A stretch of 64,000 bases of DNA, taken from the NCBI GenBank assembly GCA_021809545.1, contig JAKAYL010000003.1, positions 4,990 through 68,989 on the forward strand, in the 5' to 3' direction. A program made the position numbers and the translations under genes. The notes under the pieces were generated by a model. It was not told where the DNA came from and did not search any database. It saw only the letters and a program-made list of their open reading frames with translations. How positions within the stretch are numbered: the first letter of the stretch is position 1; every line of letters starts with the position of its first letter. Source of the DNA: Thermoplasmata archaeon. Lineage in GTDB: Archaea > Thermoplasmatota > Thermoplasmata > Lutacidiplasmatales > UBA184. Shown one piece after another: positions 56,642-64,000 of the stretch.

Positions 56642-56692
56642 AGTTTAAGGTCTCGTTGCCTCTCGTCACCCCACTACTAAGGTGAGATAAAA

Positions 56693-57475
56693 ATGGCTGG
56701 AGGAACAAGTGATCTGAGCCCTGTCGGAGAAAAGGTGCTCAGATTCAGCATTGAGAGAGCCGGGGATGATGGCCTTCGTTACGAAGATTACATGGAAGGA
56801 CTGGGTTCGGTGCTGAGCGGCATCACCATCAGTCAACTCTCGATCGCTCTCCACCAACTGGAAACGAAGGGATACCTCCACCCCGACCCCCATGGAACAC
56901 CGAACCGGAAGATCCGGGTGACCCCGCTTGGGCGGCAGGTCCTGGGCGAGTCCCCCAAGGAGGCCGAGGCGTCCCCGGCCCCGGAGGCATCGGCCCCGGC
57001 TCCGTCCCCCCCCACCTCCTCGCAGCAGTCCCCCCTTCCTTCGAGGGCGGAAACCCAGGCCCCCGCCGAGGAACCCTTGCCATCTTCCCCCCCCGTTGAG
57101 GAGCCCGCCCGCCCTGCGCGGGTTGAGCCCCCCACGAACTTGCCTTCCGACACCTCGGATGAGGTACGGCGCCGGCTCCGGGCCGTGATCGAGCGCGAGG
57201 AGGCGGTAAAGTCCATCGAGGACCGGCACCGGGTCAAGGAGCGGGAACTCCTGAACGAGGAGGACCGGTTGGCCCAGCTCGAGAAGACCGTCGAGGCTCG
57301 GCGCAAGGCGCTCGAGGAACAAGAGCGCCAGCTGTCCGCCTCCGAGGACCAACTCCACGAGCACCTCACCTCCCTGAAGGGCCACCTGAACAGCGTAGGG
57401 CAGGTCACTGAGAACGTTCACAAACTTCACGAGAAGGTGACGTCCACCCGCCAGAAGCGGCAGAAGTCGGCCTGA
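56693..57475 (+). CDS. hypothetical wHTH plus coiled-coil protein with P/S-rich linker
   Basis: N-terminal ~90 aa wHTH-like ([17 protein letters not shown]), a P/A/S-rich low-complexity linker, and a C-terminal ~90-aa coiled coil. Confidence 0.4.
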   Translation: MAGGTSDLSPVGEKVLRFSIERAGDDGLRYEDYMEGLGSVLSGITISQLSIALHQLETKGYLHPDPHGTPNRKIRVTPLGRQVLGESPKEAEASPAPEASAPAPSPPTSSQQSPLPSRAETQAPAEEPLPSSPPVEEPARPARVEPPTNLPSDTSDEVRRRLRAVIEREEAVKSIEDRHRVKERELLNEEDRLAQLEKTVEARRKALEEQERQLSASEDQLHEHLTSLKGHLNSVGQVTENVHKLHEKVTSTRQKRQKSA

Positions 57476-57605
57476 ACCCCGGCTCTCCCGGGGCTGCCTT
57501 GCGGTAGCGTGGCGTCGGCCCGTGCTCCCAGCCCGGATTGGGGCCCTCCGTTCGCGCCACCCGCAAGCGAGAAGCTTTTATCTCCGGGCCAATGGTCCTG
57601 AAGGG

Positions 57606-58253
57606 ATGAAGCTCTTCCTAGATACCGCGAATGTAGAGGAGATACGGGCCGCCGCCGAATGGGGCATACTCGACGGGGTCACGACCAATCCCAGCCTGGT
57701 GGCCAAGGAGGGCAGGGATTTCATGGAGGTTCTCCGGGAGATCACCGCGATCGTCGACGGGCCGATCTCTGCGGAAGTCGTCTCCACCAAGGCCTCCGAC
57801 ATGGTGACCGAAGGTCGCAAACTGGCCAAGGTCCACAAGAACATCTACGTCAAGGTCCCCATGACGACCGAGGGCCTCAAGGCGACCAAGATCCTCTCCG
57901 GGGAAGGGACTCGGGTCAACATGACCCTCGTCTTCTCTTCCTTGCAGGCCCTGCTGGCGGCCAAGGTGGGCGCCGCCTACGTGAGCCCCTTCATCGGTCG
58001 CCTGGACGACATCGGCCAGACCGGGATGGAGATCATCGAGGAGATCTCGACCATCTACCAGAATTACTCCTTCAAGACCGAGATCCTGGTCGCCTCCATC
58101 CGGCATCCCATCCACGTCAAGGAGGCGGCGCTCCTCGGGGCGGACATTGCCACCATGCCCTTCAGCGTTTTGGAGAAGCTGCCGCGCCACTCCCTCACGG
58201 ACATCGGCCTCGACCGATTCCTGAAGGACTGGGCGAAGCTTCCCAAGAAGTGA
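57606..58253 (+). CDS. tal: transaldolase / fructose-6-phosphate aldolase family (short TalC/MipB type)
   Basis: [36 protein letters not shown]...[12 protein letters not shown]...[10 protein letters not shown] (catalytic Lys in KVP, and DD). 216 aa. TATA-like CTTTTATC about 30 nt upstream (leaderless). Confidence 0.8.
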   Translation: MKLFLDTANVEEIRAAAEWGILDGVTTNPSLVAKEGRDFMEVLREITAIVDGPISAEVVSTKASDMVTEGRKLAKVHKNIYVKVPMTTEGLKATKILSGEGTRVNMTLVFSSLQALLAAKVGAAYVSPFIGRLDDIGQTGMEIIEEISTIYQNYSFKTEILVASIRHPIHVKEAALLGADIATMPFSVLEKLPRHSLTDIGLDRFLKDWAKLPKK

Positions 58254-58267
58254 TCTCCGGGGAAGGG

Positions 58268-58564
58268 ATGGGCGCGGACATCGAGCTCGAATCCCGCTTG
58301 GCGAAGTACCTCGATCTCACCTCGAAGGCCCTGGCGAAGATCCAGGCCGTGCCCCCGACCCGATCCTTCCTCAAGGGCGGAGCTGACGACATGCTCCAGA
58401 TGGCCAGATCCTACTTCGACGACGCCCTCCACTTCCAGAAGGAGGGCGACCTTCCGCGGGCCCTCGCCGCCGTGAGCTATGCGCACGGCTGGCTGGACGC
58501 GGGGGTCCGGCTAGGGCTGCTCTACGGGGGAGAGGATGACCAGGCGTTCACGCAGTACCGGTAG
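58268..58564 (+). CDS. conserved archaeal small protein (DUF357-like, by recall)
   Basis: 98 aa MGADIELESRLAKYLDLTSKALAKIQ...ARSYFDDALHFQKEGDLPRALAAVSYAHGWLDAGVRLGLL. The ...SYAHGWLDAGVRLGL motif is remembered from the DUF357 family. Embedded in a longer listed ORF (57659..58564) whose upstream part overlaps tal. Confidence 0.4.
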   Translation: MGADIELESRLAKYLDLTSKALAKIQAVPPTRSFLKGGADDMLQMARSYFDDALHFQKEGDLPRALAAVSYAHGWLDAGVRLGLLYGGEDDQAFTQYR

Positions 58565-58592
58565 GTCCCCTTCGCTCGTCTCGGCCCAGACC

Positions 58593-59192
58593 ATGGCCGA
58601 GATGGAGAAGGAACTCCGAGAGCTGGTCGAGAGTCGGGACGAGATCTTCGAAGAAGCGCGGGACCTGCGGCGTCGCAGCCAGAGCGTCATGCGGCGGATC
58701 CATGCTGGGGACCGTCTCCTACGAGAGTACGAGGCGCTTCCCGGGATCGCCCGGCGGTTGGTCGAGCGTGCCCGGCCCGCCCGCCTCTTGGAGGAGGAGC
58801 CAGTGCAAACGGCACTGCAGGAGTGGGTGGAAGCCTCCTTGCTGCGGGCCGTGGTGATGGGGCGTTCCCTGCCCACCCCTCCCTCTCTCTTCGTCGGCGC
58901 CGTGCCCTACCTGTTGGGCCTCTCGGATCTGGTGGGAGAACTGCGCCGTCTCGCGGTGACCTCCCTCGGAAAGGGCGCCCCGGAACGGGCCGAAGCGCAG
59001 GTGCGCCAGATGGACGATATCCTTGCCATCCTCATGCACTTTGAAGCTCCGCGCAGCGTGATCGCTCTGAAACCGAAACAGGACACCGCCCGCTCCCTCC
59101 TGGAGAAGACGCGGGGAGAGGTCGCGATGGCGCTATACCTGCAATCGATTGTCCGGAAGGGAGGCTCCAAGGGACCCGAGAAGCGGAGATGA
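58593..59192 (+). CDS. translin family protein
   Basis: ~199 aa helical. C-terminal VPYLLGLSDLVGELRRLAV matches the translin signature (Y.LG.ADLTGELMR). Start ATG 58593. Confidence 0.5.
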   Translation: MAEMEKELRELVESRDEIFEEARDLRRRSQSVMRRIHAGDRLLREYEALPGIARRLVERARPARLLEEEPVQTALQEWVEASLLRAVVMGRSLPTPPSLFVGAVPYLLGLSDLVGELRRLAVTSLGKGAPERAEAQVRQMDDILAILMHFEAPRSVIALKPKQDTARSLLEKTRGEVAMALYLQSIVRKGGSKGPEKRR

Positions 59193-60013
59193 ACGAGGGG
59201 AAGATTTCACCAGACAGCGACCCGACCGACGCCGTTGTCGGCATCATCGGGGGGAGCGGACTCTACGAGTCTGGGCTCTTCCGCTCCACCACGGTCCATA
59301 AATTGTCGACCCCCTGGGGCTCCCCTTCGGGTTTCATCGAGGAGGGTCGTCTCGGAAATCTCAAGGTGTTCTTCCTGCCCCGCCACGGGAAGGGCCACAC
59401 GATCCCTGCCCACAAGGTGAACTACCGGGCCAACATCGACGCCCTCAAGTCGCTTGGGGTCAATGCTATCCTCAGCGTGAATTCGGTCGGATCTCTCAAG
59501 GAGGAGCTCCCGCCGGGGTCGTTCGTCGTTCCGGATCAGTTCCTGGACTTCACGAAGTCCCGGCCCACGACGTTCTATGAGGGGGGGAAGACCTACCACA
59601 TCTCCATGGCGGACCCCTTCTGCCCTCGGCTCTCCCAGCTTGCATTGGCGGCAGGGGAAAAGACCGGGATCGAGATCGCCCGGCAGAAGACCTACGTCTG
59701 CGTCGAGGGTCCCAGGTTCTCCACTCGGGCGGAAAGCAAGTTCTACCGCACCCTTGCGGATGTGATCGGCATGACCCTCTGCCCGGAGGCGCAGTTGGCG
59801 CGAGAGCGGGAGATCTGCTACCTTCCAGTCTGCATGGTGACTGACTTCGACGTCTGGGCCGAGCATCCGGTCGAGGCCACGGACATCTCGGCGACGCTCT
59901 CCCGGAACATCGACCGGGTGAGGTCGCTCCTGCTGGACCTCGTGCCCACGGTTCCCCCCACCCAGGCAAGGAAGTGCGGTTGTCGTACCGCGTTGGCGCA
60001 GGCAGGTCTCTGA
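59189..60013 (+). CDS. mtnP: S-methyl-5'-thioadenosine phosphorylase / purine nucleoside phosphorylase family
   Basis: VGIIGGSGLYE...FLPRHGKGHTIPAHKVNYRANIDALKSLGVNAILSVNSVGSL...TYVCVEGPRFSTRAES..MT.CPEA. ATGA overlap with the translin gene. Confidence 0.8.
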   Translation: MNEGKISPDSDPTDAVVGIIGGSGLYESGLFRSTTVHKLSTPWGSPSGFIEEGRLGNLKVFFLPRHGKGHTIPAHKVNYRANIDALKSLGVNAILSVNSVGSLKEELPPGSFVVPDQFLDFTKSRPTTFYEGGKTYHISMADPFCPRLSQLALAAGEKTGIEIARQKTYVCVEGPRFSTRAESKFYRTLADVIGMTLCPEAQLAREREICYLPVCMVTDFDVWAEHPVEATDISATLSRNIDRVRSLLLDLVPTVPPTQARKCGCRTALAQAGL

Positions 60014-60068
60014 TACGCTCTTCCGGAAAACGGAAGCTGACGAGTTAGGAAACGCGTCCGGGACTACT

Positions 60069-60296
60069 TCAAGCGGCGATGATGGTGCCGAGCTTTCGGT
60101 GAATTACTGTGATGGGGATCACCAAGGCATCGAATTCCATTTCAGCGATCACGAGGGGATCAAGGACCTCGGGAGGTGCATCCACGAGGATGGGAGCTCC
60201 CAAGGAGATCTGAAGAGCCCTCGCCCCAAGGATGCGGGCTTTCTCAAATCGCGTGAAGTATTCCCCGCCGGCTGCTGTGCCGCCCTTCTTGACCAT
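60069..60296 (-). CDS. rpoK: DNA-directed RNA polymerase subunit K (Rpo6)
   Basis: [25 protein letters not shown] (Rpb6/RpoK core). Start taken at ATG 60296 (MVKKGG...); the listed ORF start at 60359 sits directly on a TATA element. Confidence 0.7.
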   Translation of the reverse strand: MVKKGGTAAGGEYFTRFEKARILGARALQISLGAPILVDAPPEVLDPLVIAEMEFDALVIPITVIHRKLGTIIAA

Positions 60297-60381
60297 GTGA
60301 TCCCAACTCTCTCCGTGCAGAGCATTCGCTCCTTGTGGAAGAGGGCTGACGGAATGCATAGCGCTATTTTAGCGTTGTTCC

Positions 60382-60723
60382 CTATTCGCTGGAACCCTTC
60401 TTCCCGCGGTGGGAAGCGGATTCCGAGGGGAAAATGCCCTGCCAGGCTCCGACGAGGACCTCGCGGCGCTCGGCGCCCAAGTCCTTACGGCCCTTCTTGC
60501 CCACCAGTGGGTCCCGGGTTTCCCGGACCGATCGCAGGAAGGCCTGTGGGTCCTTGGTGGCCTGTTCGAAGCCGAAAAGCATGAATTCGCGGAGAATGCT
60601 CGACCGTCCCCTCCAGCCAATACGCCTCCGGGCGTTAGGGTTGAGGCTTCGCTTTGCGAGTCTCCATACAGTGGTAGTGGTTTTGTAATCTTTCACCGAC
60701 ATTGCTATCATTACTTGCGGCAT
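60382..60723 (-). CDS. hypothetical small basic protein
   Basis: 113 aa. A good TATA (TATATATT, minus) lies about 30 nt upstream of ATG 60723 (leaderless). Noticeably AT-richer 5' half. No family recognised. Confidence 0.35.
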   Translation of the reverse strand: MPQVMIAMSVKDYKTTTTVWRLAKRSLNPNARRRIGWRGRSSILREFMLFGFEQATKDPQAFLRSVRETRDPLVGKKGRKDLGAERREVLVGAWQGIFPSESASHRGKKGSSE

Positions 60724-61046
60724 TTTTCACACCTTATGGGGTTGCTTACGCTTAAACAATATATAACCTTTGTCCCGGAAATGTCAAGTCTGTTTTACGG
60801 GGGGGTGTACCTAACTGAAACCCTACCAACGTTACGCTACCTGGAACGCACCTGCATAGGTTGTCGGGGGAGTATGGCCGGATCCCTTCTCGTCTTGAGG
60901 TAATTGGGCCCTGACCCTTTGCCGACAGGGTCTCACCTATGGTCGGATGTTTGGGTCGTCCGAGCCGCAGGAACTCGGGCAGGGGTTGCGGCCCGGGTTG
61001 TCACTATTTGAACATTATGGTCATTCTGGGCATGAAGTCCCTTTTT

Positions 61047-61481
61047 TCAGTAGAGTTCGTGGAGCGGGGTTCTCCGCTTCGGAAGCGGTTTCGAAATCTG
61101 GTGTCGGGAGGTCTTTGGTGGATAGAGATGCCCTTTCCTGGCCCGGGCGACGATGTCCTTCTTCGTGGGTTTCTCGGGAACTCCGGAGCCCGGCCAGAGA
61201 TCTACTGTGATGGACGATCCCTCGTAATCAATAACCCAGGCAGGAACTTTGCGGGCACCCAACCGCTTCAACACTTCGAGACGGTGGTGCCCGTTAAGCA
61301 CCACCAGGGACCCTTCGGCGACGAGGATCGGCTCCAGAACCGCACCTTCGGACTTGATGTTTTGCTCAACAGTGTCGACCGTATCGGGATCGCACATCTC
61401 GTGTGGGAGGAGCTCTGATATCAAGACCAATTCGAACCGTGCTTCGGGTGCAACGTCGGCCTCTCCCGTCTTTCGGGTCAT
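61047..61481 (-). CDS. ParB/Sulfiredoxin-like nuclease domain protein
   Basis: ..LVLISELLPHE...PILVAEGSLVVLNGHHRLEVLKRLGARKVPAWVI (ParB N-terminal domain pattern). Leaderless from the shared TATA at 61503-61513. Confidence 0.5.
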   Translation of the reverse strand: MTRKTGEADVAPEARFELVLISELLPHEMCDPDTVDTVEQNIKSEGAVLEPILVAEGSLVVLNGHHRLEVLKRLGARKVPAWVIDYEGSSITVDLWPGSGVPEKPTKKDIVARARKGHLYPPKTSRHQISKPLPKRRTPLHELY

Positions 61482-61502
61482 GCATAACCCTAGAGCACAG
61501 TG

Positions 61503-61513
61503 TTTTTAAATAT
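61503..61513. promoter_or_regulatory. bidirectional TATA element TTTTTAAATAT between the ParB-like gene (61481, minus) and rps19e (61541, plus)
   Basis: A single AT-rich near-palindromic box in a 59-nt divergent spacer, about 25 nt from one ATG and 28 nt from the other. Confidence 0.4.
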
Positions 61514-61540
61514 GCCTGCGTATCTTCGTGCTGGTTTTCG

Positions 61541-61990
61541 ATGACAGACGCATGGGAGGTCCCCGCCCAGGAACTAATACCTAGGCTGGTGGAACAGTTG
61601 CGAGGAAAGGTTGGTCACCCTGAGTGGATGGCCTACGTCCGGACAGGGGCGCACACGGAACGTGCCCCTGTACAGGCGGACTGGTGGTACATTCGGTGTG
61701 CATCCGTCATGCGGAAGCTCCACCGGCTAGGACCTGTGGGCGTATCCCGGCTGGCCGCCGAGTACGGTGGCAAGAAGGACAATGGTAGCGCCCCGTACCA
61801 CGCCGTCAAGGGGAGCCGCTCCGTAATCCAGGAGGTCCTTCACGAACTCGAAAAGGCGGGTTTTGTCACCAAGCGGGCCTCGAAGGGCCGTATCCTCTCT
61901 GCCAAGGGACAGTCTCTTGTTCAAAAGGCCGCCAAGGAAGCGATGGTGGCCCTCGCCGGGCGGAACCCTGCCCTCAAGAAGTACCTATAG
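61541..61990 (+). CDS. rps19e: 30S ribosomal protein S19e
   Basis: ..PEWMAYVRTGAHTERAPVQADWWYIRCASVMRKLHRLGPVGVSRLAAEYGGKKDNGSAPYHAVKGSRSVIQEVLHELEKAGFV. Start ATG 61541; TATA TTTTTAAATAT lies 28 nt upstream. Confidence 0.8.
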   Translation: MTDAWEVPAQELIPRLVEQLRGKVGHPEWMAYVRTGAHTERAPVQADWWYIRCASVMRKLHRLGPVGVSRLAAEYGGKKDNGSAPYHAVKGSRSVIQEVLHELEKAGFVTKRASKGRILSAKGQSLVQKAAKEAMVALAGRNPALKKYL

Positions 61991-62003
61991 AGAATGAGGG
62001 CCC

Positions 62004-62363
62004 ATGAGCTACGATCAGGATGAAGAACTTGATGCGCTTCGTCGTCGTAGACTCAAGCAGCTTCAAACCCAGGGCGACGTGGTCTCCCCTGAGGGGGCGT
62101 ACGCAGCCTCTCAACAGGATGAGGCCGAGCGCCGGGCTGCGGAACAAAAAGAGGTCTTGCGCAGAATCCTTACTCCCGAAGCGCGCGAGCGTCTTGGGCG
62201 TATCCGTCTCGCCAAACCCGACGCTGCGGCCGCGGTCGAGCAGCAGCTGCTCGGATTGGCCCTCTCTGGCCGGCTCAGCCGTCAGATCGATGACGCAACC
62301 CTCAAAGCCATCCTCGAGAAGGTTCTCCCTGAAAAACGTGAGATCAAGATAACCCGAAGGTGA
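62004..62363 (+). CDS. dsDNA-binding protein, PDCD5/TFAR19 family
   Basis: MSYDQDEELDALRRRRLKQLQ...KEVLRRILTPEARERLGRIRLAKPDAAAAVEQQLLGLALSGRL. Its position between rps19e and rpl39e is a gene order conserved in many archaea. Confidence 0.7.
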   Translation: MSYDQDEELDALRRRRLKQLQTQGDVVSPEGAYAASQQDEAERRAAEQKEVLRRILTPEARERLGRIRLAKPDAAAAVEQQLLGLALSGRLSRQIDDATLKAILEKVLPEKREIKITRR

Positions 62364-62369
62364 AAAAGC

Positions 62370-62528
62370 ATGGCAAGCAAACGGAAATCATTGGCAAGGA
62401 AATTGAGGCTGTTGAAGAAGGACAAGTCGAACCGGCGTGTCCCCTCCTGGGTCGTGGAGCGGACCAACCGGCATGTCATGAGGCACCCCCAGGAGCGGTC
62501 CTGGCGGAGAGGCCATCTGCACCTCTGA
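62370..62528 (+). CDS. rpl39e: 50S ribosomal protein L39e
   Basis: Not in the ORF track (52 aa): MASKRKSLARKLRLLKKDKSNRRVPSWVVERTNRHVMRHPQERSWRRGHLHL. SD AAGGTGA lies 6 nt upstream. Confidence 0.75.
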   Translation: MASKRKSLARKLRLLKKDKSNRRVPSWVVERTNRHVMRHPQERSWRRGHLHL

Positions 62529-62545
62529 GGTAGCGAGGAAAGATC

Positions 62546-62842
62546 ATGGCAAAGGAAGAAGGTCGACATGTGGAAGAGAAGGAGATGGAGTACACGGTCC
62601 CCCTGCGGGCCAGCAAACATCTCCCACCGAAGACAGAACGGGCAAGCCATGCCATCCGCACGATCCGCTTGTTCATGGCCCGTCACATGAAGGGAGAAGT
62701 CGAGGACGTCTGGATCGACCCTCACCTCAACGAGTTCATCTGGGAACGCTCCATCGAGAAGATCCCCTCGAAGGTCCGTGTCCGCGCGATCCGCTTCGAG
62801 GACGGTCTCATCGAAGTGGACTTGGCCGAAAGGAACGCCTGA
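62546..62842 (+). CDS. rpl31e: 50S ribosomal protein L31e
   Basis: MAKEEGRHVEEKEMEYTVPLRASKHLPPKTERASHAIRTIRLFMARHMK...VWIDPHLNEFIWERSIEKIPSKVRVRA. SD GAGGA upstream. Confidence 0.8.
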   Translation: MAKEEGRHVEEKEMEYTVPLRASKHLPPKTERASHAIRTIRLFMARHMKGEVEDVWIDPHLNEFIWERSIEKIPSKVRVRAIRFEDGLIEVDLAERNA

Positions 62843-62875
62843 GGCGTTCCGATCGGGATAGGAGGACGTTTCGAC

Positions 62876-63541
62876 TTGCCGGTTGGGAAGGCATCCTTCT
62901 TAGGAAGCCCCTATGTCGGCGTCTTTCTGAAAGCATGTGACGGACGGGTGCTTGTGCCCGCCGCCGTCTCTGCTGGAGAAGTGCGTCTCATCGAGCGTCT
63001 CCTCGAAGTTCCGGTTGTACAGACTCAGATCGCGGACGTGGAGCTCACCGGCTCTCTCTCCACACTGAACAGCCACGGCGTGATCGTGGCAGATCCGGTC
63101 GAGGACGAGGAATTGGCCAAGTTGCGGGAGCACTCGCCCGTCACCGTTCTGCGGACGAAGCTCAATGCTCTGGGCAACAACATCCTTGTCAACGATCACG
63201 GCGCAGTGGTCCACCCGGGGTTCTCCCACCGGGAGGTGGAGGCGATCGAGGCTGCGCTCGGTGTCAAGGTGGTGAGCGGCACGGTCGCCGGCGAGGGAAC
63301 GGTCTCGAAGACCGCCGTCGCCACGAACAAGGGCGCGCTAGTGCATCCCGCAGCGACCCCGGAGGAGATGGAGATCATCCATCAAGCACTCAAGGTCCCG
63401 GTCCAGAAGACCACCGCGAACTTCGGGATTCCTCTCGTGGGCGCCTGCGTGGTCGCCAACAGCAAGGGGATCATCGTAGGCGAACGGACGACTCCGGTCG
63501 AGCTCGTCCACATCGAGGACGGGCTTTCCGTCTACGATTGA
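62876..63541 (+). CDS. eif6: translation initiation factor 6 (aIF6)
   Basis: 221 aa, SFLGSPYVGVFLKACDGRVLVP...TGSLSTLNSHGVIVADP...NNILVNDHGAVVHPG...KGALVHPAATPEE (pentameric repeat pattern of eIF6). TTG start 9 nt after SD GGAGGA. Confidence 0.8.
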   Translation: MPVGKASFLGSPYVGVFLKACDGRVLVPAAVSAGEVRLIERLLEVPVVQTQIADVELTGSLSTLNSHGVIVADPVEDEELAKLREHSPVTVLRTKLNALGNNILVNDHGAVVHPGFSHREVEAIEAALGVKVVSGTVAGEGTVSKTAVATNKGALVHPAATPEEMEIIHQALKVPVQKTTANFGIPLVGACVVANSKGIIVGERTTPVELVHIEDGLSVYD

Positions 63542-63786
63542 ACGAAGGACGCGTCGGCGGTCTTGCGCTCGCGGTTCCGGTGGTAGCGGGTCACGTACCC
63601 GGCGACCCGGTTCACAAGCTTCTTGTAGAGGATCTTCTTCTTCCCATCGCCGGTGTCCGTGGCGAGGTCCGTAAGTTCAAGCACTTTCACGCGGTTGGCA
63701 GCGAAGTCATTGCTGAAGGCGTCCGGGTGGTTCTGGACGAGTTCAACCGCGACGCGCTTGATGTAGGTCTGTCGGATATTTCCCAT
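63532..63786 (-). CDS. rps17e: 30S ribosomal protein S17e
   Basis: MGNIRQTYIKRVAVELVQNHPDAFSNDFAANRVKVLELTDLATDTGDGKKKILYKKLVNRVAGYVTRYHRNRERK. Start ATG 63786; the listed longer ORF start is unsupported. 10-nt convergent overlap with eif6. Confidence 0.75.
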   Translation of the reverse strand: MGNIRQTYIKRVAVELVQNHPDAFSNDFAANRVKVLELTDLATDTGDGKKKILYKKLVNRVAGYVTRYHRNRERKTADASFVQS

Positions 63787-63860
63787 AGCGAGCGGCCGAG
63801 AAGCCAAAACTATATTAAGCCCCTCTATGTTGGGCGCGCCCGCCTGATGGGTGAAAAAAG

Positions 63861-64000
63861 ATGAGTCGCACGACACAACTGAGCCTCCTGATAGCGATGA
63901 CCGCGATCATGTTGGTAGGTGTCCTTCCAACAGCAACTGCAACCACGACGTACACGCTCACGGTGAATGTGGTGACCTCCCCGTCACCGACACCGAATGG
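63861..64000 (+). CDS. secreted protein, 3'-partial (runs off the window end)
   Basis: ATG 63861 preceded by GGTGAAAAAAG, encoding MSRTTQLSLLIAMTAIMLVGVLPTATATTTYTLTVNVV..., a signal-peptide-like start followed by a T-rich region. Confidence 0.3.
   Translation, partial: MSRTTQLSLLIAMTAIMLVGVLPTATATTTYTLTVNVVTSPSPTPN

Noticed and set aside
60409-60903. 164-aa plus-strand ORF spanning the AT-richer region and antisense to the 113-aa gene
   Set aside because: No promoter or SD, composition typical of an out-of-frame read, and it overlaps a TATA-equipped gene on the other strand.

Overview
This looks like a GC-rich archaeal chromosomal segment. The evidence is an archaeal-type 16S rRNA (5' AATCCGGTTGATCCTGCCGG, 3' GGATCACCTCC), TATA-box/leaderless promoters, e-type ribosomal proteins, Nop5/fibrillarin, archaeal RibL/RibC and an SMC/ScpAB operon. 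The 16S gene is not followed by a 23S gene and is flanked by a 15-bp leader/trailer processing stem; Thermoplasmatota-like is a low-confidence lineage guess and not an identification.

Coding density is high, with frequent ATGA/GTGA start-stop overlaps. Called features include smc-scpA-scpB, uvrB, thioredoxin-like, a GMC oxidoreductase, a membrane H+-pyrophosphatase, an ABC-2 exporter pair and an AcnX-type (DUF521) dehydratase large subunit. They also include a 925-aa membrane protein with an internally duplicated ~280-aa module, a HerA/FtsK-like ATPase followed by three tandem KaiC/RecA-like ATPases, a DRG GTPase, nop5-flpA, and a Ppx/GppA-HD, two Tmk-like kinases and a CHAD protein in one tight cluster. 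Further calls are glyS, rpl40e, acs, a ribB-ribL-ribC-ribH cluster, a crotonase, and a surface-glycoprotein block (two paralogous polytopic membrane proteins, an He_PIG/Ig-repeat protein, a Kelch propeller protein and a PA14-like Cys-rich protein). The window ends with pcc1, nfo, a small transaldolase, a translin-like gene, mtnP, rpoK and an rps19e-pdcd5-rpl39e-rpl31e-eif6 / rps17e ribosomal cluster.

No CRISPR array, transposase or integrase was seen. The strongest candidates for an undescribed functional module are the HerA-like plus three KaiC-like ATPase block (23183-25678 and 20911-23037), the duplicated-module membrane protein (18137-20914) and the CHAD/Ppx/double-Tmk cluster (30309-35249). 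All calls rest on reading motifs by eye; no homology searches or computations were possible.
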